Positions 55,990 to 64,000 of a stretch of DNA of 64,000 nucleotides are shown here, one piece after another. Both the position numbers and the translations under genes were made by a program. The stretch lies in NCBI RefSeq assembly GCF_009914755.1, contig NC_060948.1; one strand, 5' to 3'. Source of the stretch: the human T2T-CHM13v2.0 reference genome, Homo sapiens. Numbering within the stretch: the first letter of the stretch is position 1; each line of letters begins with the position of its first letter. The notes under the pieces are model-generated. The model had not been told where the DNA came from and did not search any database. It saw only the letters and a program-made list of their open reading frames with translations.

Positions 55990-58900
55990 ATGTAAGCATT
56001 CCTTTCTACTTTTAGAGCCATTGGGGTGGTAAGGATGACAGTATGAGGTCTTTTCTAAGCAGGAGTCCTTCTTTCTGGAACTTTTTAACGAACACCAGGT
56101 CACCTGGCTGGAACGAGTGGCAGGGCCCCATCTGATCAGGAACTGGATTGGGATGAGCTCTCAGTCCAAGTGGCTGGATGATATCTTGCACCTTTTGGAG
56201 AGACTGTAGGTAATGTAATAAATTAGCTTGTGAGATTTCTGCTAAATGGGTATCTTTTAGCTTAGGCAAGATCGGCGGAACCCTCTTATATATGATTTTA
56301 AAAGGTGAAAACCTAGCCTGGTAGGAAGTTCATCTTACTTTAAGAAGGACTAAAGAAGGAGCCTTACCTAATCTTCACCAGTCTTTAAGATTAACTTTGT
56401 AAAAGTATTTTTAGGGTGTGGTTTATGCATTCTACCTGTGCAGAGCTCTGAGTTCTTACTGACTGACTGAGGTATGGACAAGGTGAAGGCTGGTCTATTA
56501 TCAGACCTTATGGCAGCAGGCAGCCTATGTCAAAGGATGATTTCATCGAGTAAAAACCTAGCTACTGTGGTGGCAGTCTCGTTTTTGGGGGCAAATGCCT
56601 CAGTCCATCCAGAAAATGTATCTGCTAGTACCAAAAGGTATTTCTACTTAGTCCAGTGTGGTTTTATTTCTGTAAAGTCAATTTCCTACCTTTTTCCTGG
56701 CGAGTTTCCCCGGAGGCAGTGCCCTGAGATGGGTTTAGGACCTTGCTTGGCATTTACTTGAGCACAAGCCATACACCAGAGAGCTGCTTGGTTTGCAGAG
56801 TTCTGAAGGCGAAGGGATCTTGAAATGGCTCCTTAGGAGCTGGGCCAGTTTTACTCCTCTTAAATGGGTGGTAGAATGAAGACGACTGATTAAAGTTTCC
56901 TTGAGAGCTCGGGGTATGAAGATTCTGGAATCAGGAAGAATCCACCAACCTTCCTGATTTTAATTGGCCTGAAGATCTGAAGCTTGTTTCTTTTTTTTTC
57001 TGGGGCTGCCAAGTTAGGTTGCGGAAAGGACACAGCGGACAGCAGGGTTAAAGGCATGACAGGGAGCCATGCTGCCTTTCGAGTTACAGAATCTGCTCTT
57101 TGGTTCCCATGGGCAATGGCCAAGTCTTCCTTTTGATGTCCTTTGCAGTGAATTACAGCCACCTGCTTCAAGCAGGGCTAAAATTTCTTCTTTGTTTTTG
57201 ACAATCTTTCCTGCTGAAGTAAGTAGCCCGCATTCTTGATAGACGGCTCCAAGTACATGTACAGTAGCAAAAGCATACCTGCTGTCAGTATAAATATTAA
57301 TACATTTGTCCTTAACCCATCAGACAGCCTGAGTGAGGGCGATCAATTCAGCCTTCTGTGCCGAGGTACCTGCTGGCAACACCTGGGACCACAGCACATC
57401 TGTCTCCGTAGTAAAGGCTGCACCAATCTTTTGTACTCCCTGTTCGAGGAAGCTGCTACCATCTATAAACATGGTATATGTTTATAGGGGCATATCTTGG
57501 AGATCAGTTCAGCCAGTTTCTGTAGTTTCTAACAGTTCCTGGCAGTCACGGACAGGTGTAGTGAAGTTTGGATCAGGGAGGAAAGCAGCTGGATTTAAAC
57601 ACCTTATGGAAGAGAAAGTCAAAAGAGGCTGATCTAACAGTAAACTCTGATACTGCAGGATGCGAGCATTTGACATCCATTTGCCAGAAGCACTTGGTAG
57701 CAAAATCTCTATGGCGTGAGGAGCCATGAGGGTGAAGTTTTGGCCCAGAGTCAATTTATTAGCCTCCTGGACTAGGCTTGCTGTGGCCACTACGGCTCAC
57801 AGACAAGTTGGCCATCCAGCGGCCACAGGGTCCAGTCTCTTAGACAAATAGGCTACTGGGCATCTCCAGGGTCCTAAAGTCTGAGTGAGCACCCCCTTAG
57901 CAACTCCCTGGCTTTCGTGAATAAAAGGTGAAATGGTTTTGAGATATTAGGGAGGGCTAGAGTGGGGGCCTCAGTTAATGCCTTTTTCAGGTTTTTGAAA
58001 GCCTATTCTTTGGTGTCAGTCCATACTAGTGGGCCATTCCTTCCAGTAGCAGTGTACAGGGGCTTGGCAATCTCTGCGGACCTTAATATCCACAGGCGAC
58101 AGTATCTTATGGCCCCCAGAAATTCACGTACCTGTCTCTTGGTGGGAGTGGGGATTTGTGGGATGGCTTCCTTACAAGCACTGATAAGTGCCCTTTTTCC
58201 TCTGTTTATCTCATACCCTAGGTAGGAGACTCTGGGAAGACAAAGCTGGGATTTTTGGCTGAGACTTGATACCTGAGTTCCTGAAGGAGGTAAAATAGGT
58301 CCTTAGTGTGTTGCAGGCAACTGTCAGTAGTTTCAGTACCTAATAAAAGGTCATCTGTGTACTGAAGAAGAGTACAATTAGGGTTCTGGCTTGAAATGGT
58401 ATAAGATCCTGTTGAAGGGCTTCCTTAAAAAGGGTGGGGGAATTTTTAAAACCTTGAGGTAACTGAGTCCAGGTCAATTGGGTGGTGTTTCCTGAGCCAG
58501 GATCTGTCCATTCAAAAGCAAAGATAGGTTGGCTTTTGGGGGCCAGAGGAATAGCAAAGAAAGCATCTTTTAAGTCAAGGACAGTGCAAATTGTGTGTTC
58601 TGGTGGAAGCAGTCTGAGTAAAGTATAAGGGTTAGGGACAGTTGGGTGGACAGTGACTATCTGTCTGTTAACTTCCGTTAAGTCCTGTACAGGCCAGTAA
58701 TCATTTGTTCTGGGTTTTTGGACCGGAAAAAATGGAGTATTCCAGATGGACTGGCAATGGTGTGAGTATGCCAGTTTGTAACAGTTGCTGAATATGGGGG
58801 TTGATTCTCTCCCTAGCCTGCTGACTCACAGACTATTGCTTCACCTGGACTGGCAAGGTGGTGGCCAGGAGTTCTACTACCACTGGTGGATGGTGCTTAG

Positions 58901-59411
58901 CCCGTCCTGGGGGGATTGGCTCAGCCCAGACTCAAGGAAAGAGAGTCTGTAATTCCAGTAGGAGAGGATTAGTTTTATTTTCTGGTGGTTTTGGAGGTGA
59001 AACTAACAGATATTCTTCTGACAGAGGGGTGGTTAACAGGAGCTGAGCAATAGGGGGCATTGTGTCCCCTAACATGAGGTGAGCTTGTTGGGCCGAGAAG
59101 GAAATAGATGCCTACAGCTTGTGGAACAGGTCTCATCCTAGGAGGGGAAAAGGACACTCTGGGACCAAGAGGAATGAGTGAGTTGCTCTTTTCTGTCCCA
59201 AACTCACCTCTTATGACTGGGTGACAGGATATTCCTGAATAACTCCAGTAGCTCCCTGTACAACCACTTTCCTATTACAGACACTGCCTAGGGGCATCTG
59301 CAGTACTGAGTGTTCCGCCCTGGTGTCAATTAGGAAGTGTACAGGCTGGCGCCCTACTATGGCGGTCACCATGGGCTCCCGAGGGCCAAGTGTAAAGGAG
59401 CCCTGGTCCCA
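55990..59411 (-). pseudogene. pol: HERV-T pro-pol, disrupted
   Basis: LIDTRAEHS protease, [22 protein letters not shown] RNase H, VAVIHCKGHQK, IDFTE integrase, FQPGDLVFVK. Confidence 0.88.
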
Positions 59412-60972
59412 TCAATCATCAGAGTCCTCCGCAGCAGGGAGGGTGAGGACTTTTTTGTCTTCTGGTTTTTCCTCTGGTCTTAATGGGCATTCCTTTTTCC
59501 AGTTTCCTATCTGCTTGCAATAAGCACATTGGTTTTTCTTTGAAGGGAACCCTGGTCACTTTTCTGGCTTTTCTAGCATGGACCCAGGGCCCCCTGGCTA
59601 GTGTTCTGTGATGGGGGCCTTTCCTTTCTGGCTTCCTGGATGGCCGCCACTAAGATTTTCGCTTGTCTTTCTGATGCTTTGTCAGCAGCCTTGTCAGCTG
59701 CCTCAGCTGCCTGTTTTTGCTTTTTAAACTCTTGATTGTCAAAAACTTTTTGGGCTATTTCTAAAAGTTGACTGATATTCATCCCAGCAAATCCTTCCAG
59801 TTTTTGTAGGTTTCTTTTAATATTAGGGGCTGCCTGAACCACAAATGCTAAATTAAGAGCACAGCTATTTTCAGGAGACTCCGGGTCAGAAAGGGTGTAA
59901 GTCTGATAGGCCTCCTGGAGGCATTCTAAAACGTTCACAGTGACTCATCAGGCCCCTAGACAACTTCAGTCATCTTAGACAAGTTTACGGGTTTCCAAGC
60001 GGCTCACTTGATACCCACAAGGAGATACCGGTGAAAATCGTCTAAAGATCTCTTCCCACCTGAGGAGTTTGGGTCCTAATTAGGCCGGGTAGAAGGAAAA
60101 ACTTCCTTAAGGAGGCCTCTAGCTTCCACTTCTGGCCTATTGGCTGATGTGAGGAAATACTTACTGGCCTCTCTTTGGATCTGTTCCTTCTCTTCAGCGT
60201 TGAAAAGGGTCAAAAGGAGCTGCTGACAGTCATCCCAGGTGGGCCAATGGGTCCAGAGCATGGACTCCATCAGTGAGGTCAAGACCTGGGGCTTTTCAGA
60301 AAAGGGGGGTTTATAATCTTTCCCATTATACAGCTCAGAAGTAGAAAAGGGGACATAAACTAAGAATGGAGCTAAGTGCTCATCACCCAAAGGGACTTGT
60401 GCCTCTCTCAGTGGGAGGAGGAGGGCTACCTCCTCCTGCCATGGCCGCAATCTAGAGGCAACAGGCGGACAGCCCACAGGGGACATCCTCGAGGAGACAA
60501 GGGAAGATTCTAAAGGAGCAAGAGGGTTATAAGCTGGTGGAACTGGGTGAAGAAGATTCTCTTCTTCTTCAGAAGGAAGCAGAATAGGAGGAGCCGAGCC
60601 AGCTGAGGGTTGAGGCAAAAGTGAGGTCTGGCTCAAAAGGAACTTAGAGGTAGAATTATGAATGATGCATTAGCGGAGCCATGGAGGAGGGCTCCTGACC
60701 AAACTCAGCCACTGATCAATGTATGGAAACTGATCTGGGTGACCAGGAGTTCCAGCAACAACCCGCCACACAGCCTGAACAACTGCGAGCTTCAGTGACC
60801 CTTCTGGGGGCCACCCAGCTCCAAAATTTGGCCATTCTGCTTCACAGAGTGTCCAGAGTTTGCCTTTTTTAAGGCAGACCCCATAATCCTCTGAGAAGCC
60901 TAGAGAAAATTTTTGTAACATACATTGGAGAGGGCTCAAATCTTTATGAGGCCGGGAAGAAGAGTATCCTAT
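59412..60972 (-). pseudogene. gag: HERV-T gag, disrupted
   Basis: Start codon mutated to ATA; SPLQCML, GWPPEGSL, HPDQFPYIDQW, YVPFSTS, PTWDDCQQLL, CAYCKQIGNWKKECP knuckle; TGA at 59414-59412 before pro. Confidence 0.88.
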
Positions 60973-62845
60973 TCTGGGGCAGTTTAACAAGGTTTGAGCA
61001 GAGATAATAAACCCAGCACTGACAGAGAAATTCATGACCTGGGGGGTTGTAGCATCAGAAGAACAGAAATAATATGGCTAAAAGAAGCAGGAAAACAGCT
61101 ATTGCCAGTGCTTCCTGCTACATGAGTTCTGTCCTTTTAAGCTTTGAGATTTAGGGAGAAGACAAGAGGTGGGTCCGAGGCTGGTGGGACCTACATGATT
61201 TCCCTCTGCCTTTTGACTTACAGCCTAAATATCTTTGGTGTCTCCACGACTGAAAGGCAAATAGTTCAAACTCAGCCTTTTCTTTTAAGGGTTTGAGGAG
61301 GGAGAGCAGAGCTAAGTCTTGGAGGTGCTGGACTTGCTGTGACACAGGAAAACGAGATGTGCAGGGCAAGGGATGGGGATGAGGAGAAAAGGGGCCACTC
61401 AGATCCTTTCAGGCTGAGAGGAGCCATGCTGGGCAGTGCTGGTTTGCCAGGATGACTCTGCGGTCCCCGGCCCCACCTCCAGGCCCCATCAGGCGCTGCA
61501 AGCCTAGCTTAGAAGCCTGGCCCAGGGCCAAGGCTACCATAGCAGGCTGGGTGCCTGCATTCTGAGCTGGGTGTGGAAGCACTGGGGCTCGGGGAAGTTG
61601 GCGGCTTTGATGCCTGAAGGCGTAGGAGCCGGGCACCTGAGGGGTCCCCTTGGGGAGGGGGTCCGGCACTGTCACCTCCTACTCTTTGCCTGTGGGTCAG
61701 GAGCCCCTGCCAGAGGGGAAGGAGGCTGTTTCTTTTGTGTACTGGTGGAAGCATGCCTGGCCCCTGGGCCCAGCAACCTGAAGACACACACCTGAGACCT
61801 CCTGTGTTAGAAAATCTGTACTCAGGACTTTGAAGAAGTCCTTACCCAGTCGTCTTGGGCAATATTGATGACCTGACATATGAAACTTAGACAAACACTA
61901 AACGGGACAATAAACACCAAACACAACAATAGACACAAAACAGGCAATAAACACAAATCAGGCAATAGACCCTAGGGTATATAAACAATTATGGAAGTTT
62001 TTATAGACAGACAAAGGGGAGGGGGTCCCGTGATGGGATCAGTCAGATGCCCGCCTGGCCACTCCCCCTGAGGGGACTTACGCTCCTCTTAGCATTTGCA
62101 GGCCGGTATAAACCCCTGGCTCAGATCCAGCTATGCCCGATGCTGCCTTAAGCCTTATGAGGTCACCACGGAACTGCAGGTGAGGGCCCACTTGAACTCC
62201 ATAGCTTTCGCTGTGGAGCTACAAACTGGAGATTCAAGGGCAAGCCTTTGAATTCCACATTCATGCACACATTCACACAGAGTTTATAACAATTTTTCTT
62301 ATTCCCGTTCTAAACAGAGGTCTCCGGGAGACCTGAACGAGAGAAAGAGAAGAGATAGAAAAAGGGGGAGGGGGAGAGAGAAAAAAAAAGAGGGGGAGAG
62401 ACTGAGAGACTAGTCTTAATGGAGAGGCCGGCCTGCCAGAAACCAGGACTCTGTCCTCCAACATCCTGGAATATGGACAGAGTCAAAGAGAAATGCCCTC
62501 ATCAGGGACAGTTCCCGCTCACCAAACCAGAACCAAAGGTGCCTAACAGAAAACCAAGGCTCTGTCCTCCAGTGTCCTGGAATGGGGGCAGAGTCAAAGA
62601 GAGAGACACCCTTATCAGGGCCACTTCCCTCTCACCAAACCAGAGTCAGAGCTGACTTACATTCCTGAGACCAGAAACTGAGGACTCAGAAGTTGAATTT
62701 TGTGGGCACACTCCAGTGGTCGATCCGTTCTCCTCCGGAAGACGGAGTCTTATGGGGCCCTGGGACATCTTCAGGTGGTGCCTCCCCTATAAGTCCACCG
62801 TATGGGGGAGGCTGGAATGAGTCCAGCTCTCACCTGGTGGCAAAT

Positions 62846-62863
62846 ATCTCGCTGGGGTCTCCA
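62846..62863 (-). promoter_or_regulatory. Primer-binding site, tRNA-Thr
   Basis: Plus strand atctcgctggggtctcca matches the tRNA-Thr(TGT) 3' end ATCTCGCTGGGGCCTCCA at 17/18. Confidence 0.88.
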
Positions 62864-62868
62864 AATAT

Positions 62869-63425
62869 TGTAACCAAGTGAGTTATAGAGAAACGCCACA
62901 CTTTGAGACTAATTAAAGAGACCTTTATTAGCTGGCGACTGAGAGATGGCTAATGCTCGAAATTCCCTCAGCCCTGAAGAAGGGGCTAGATTTTCTTTTA
63001 TACTGTGGTTTAGAGAGGGGAGGGGGAATTGAGCTGAAGCAATCTTACAGAAGTAAAACAGGCAAAAAAGTTGAAAAGACACATGGTTACAGGAAAACAA
63101 ACAGTTCCAGGTGCAGGGGCTTTAAACTCATCACAAGGTGATAGGTGCGGGGGCTCTGGGTGCTATCTGCCAGACACAAAAGCGGGGCCTTAGGGTACTA
63201 TCACCCAGGTGAATTCCTGGGAACTGTGGACATAGCTTGCCACCTTACCTTATCAGTTAATTGCACTCTTTGATGTGCTAAGTGTCAGCTTGCACAAGTT
63301 AAGTCCTTGAGGAAGGGGGTGGGTAACGAGCCCTTAATGTCTTGCAAATGAAGGAGCCAAATGGAATCCATCCAGCTTTTTCAGCTAAGAGAGAGTCAAT
63401 AAAGTTAATACAAGTTAGGGTATCA
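62869..63425 (-). mobile_element. HERV-T 5' LTR (LTR6 type)
   Basis: Minus strand TGATACCCTA...GGTTACA; tataaaa and aataaa in the expected order; adjacent to the PBS. Confidence 0.85.
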
Positions 63426-63656
63426 GACATCTGCATCTCGCTATTGAGTCACAGGAAATAGCAGTCTGACCCTCGTTTGGTCTGGGGACACAAGTGCAGG
63501 AATTCAGGCCAAGATAATAACCTCCCATAAAGATGAATGTCTTAATTTAGTTAAGAAGGTCGGAAGACCTTCACCTTCCCAGCAAGCCGCCTTGAAATGC
63601 CTACTTCCTGTGCCAAATTGTAGATAGTCATTTCTGTGTTTTGCTTTTCTCTCCAG

Positions 63657-63806
63657 GGAATCTTTGCCGGTGCTACTGTTTTTATGCTTGCTTCTGAAGA
63701 CGTGTGAACCTAAAACTGCAAATGCCTTTAAACCAAATATCCTACTGATCATGGCGGATGATCTAGGCATTGGGGATCTCGGTTGCTATGGGAACAATAC
63801 ACTGAG
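63657..63806 (+). pseudogene. ARSDP1: ARSD pseudogene exon 2
   Basis: ag|G...AG|gt, 150 nt, open: ESLPVLLFLCLLLKTCEPKTANAFKPNILLIMADDLGIGDLGCYGNNTLR (sulfatase DD motif). Confidence 0.93.
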
Positions 63807-64000
63807 GTACAGTTGGTTGTTGCTATTGGTGATGATGTGATGTGAGTTTGAAGGAATAGTGCATTTAAAATCTGCCTGGAGAAATTAGGAAACTCCTTAG
63901 GGCCTCAGAACTCAACAAAAAACTACCAACAGGTAAAAAGGCCCTTTTAAACGCTGCAGAACTGCGGTGAGGGGGTGAATGTATTACTACCACAAAATGG

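Larger units (their letters stand above)
55769..63425 (-). mobile_element. HERV-T (S71) provirus, env mostly deleted, 3' LTR absent, antisense in ARSDP1 intron 1
   Basis: 5' LTR, tRNA-Thr PBS, gammaretroviral gag-pro-pol remnants, env C-terminus 'VKQRIASVKL..PLVITEES'. Confidence 0.88.

Noticed and set aside
60076-60636. 186-aa ORF, the longest in the window
   Set aside because: Internal fragment of a disrupted HERV-T gag with a mutated start codon and flanking stops.

Overview
Primate (human) genomic DNA with no intact protein-coding gene. From remembered marker sequences (sY746, sY83, sY1064, DYS434, DYS437) and the arylsulfatase pseudogene order, it appears to be human Yq11 at the proximal AZFa deletion breakpoint; these identifications were not checked against a database. 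Main contents: (1) a MER4-group LTR/Alu mosaic (1-13.1 kb); (2) a full-length decayed HERV15 (RRHERV-I) provirus, 13157-22890; (3) a directly abutting 5'-truncated HERV-K14-type element carrying a captured spliced FAM8A1 mRNA, two LTR12 insertions (one containing a tailless 5S rRNA fragment) and a class-I-like 3' segment in place of env, 22891-29213; (4) remnants of an unprocessed ARSE/ARSL pseudogene; (5) a 5'-truncated SVA with a 3' transduction; (6) exons 1-2 of an ARSD pseudogene whose intron 1 holds an antisense, env-deleted HERV-T/S71 provirus lacking its 3' LTR. I find no convincing new functional system. The most interesting signals are nested retroelement capture events and rearrangement scars.
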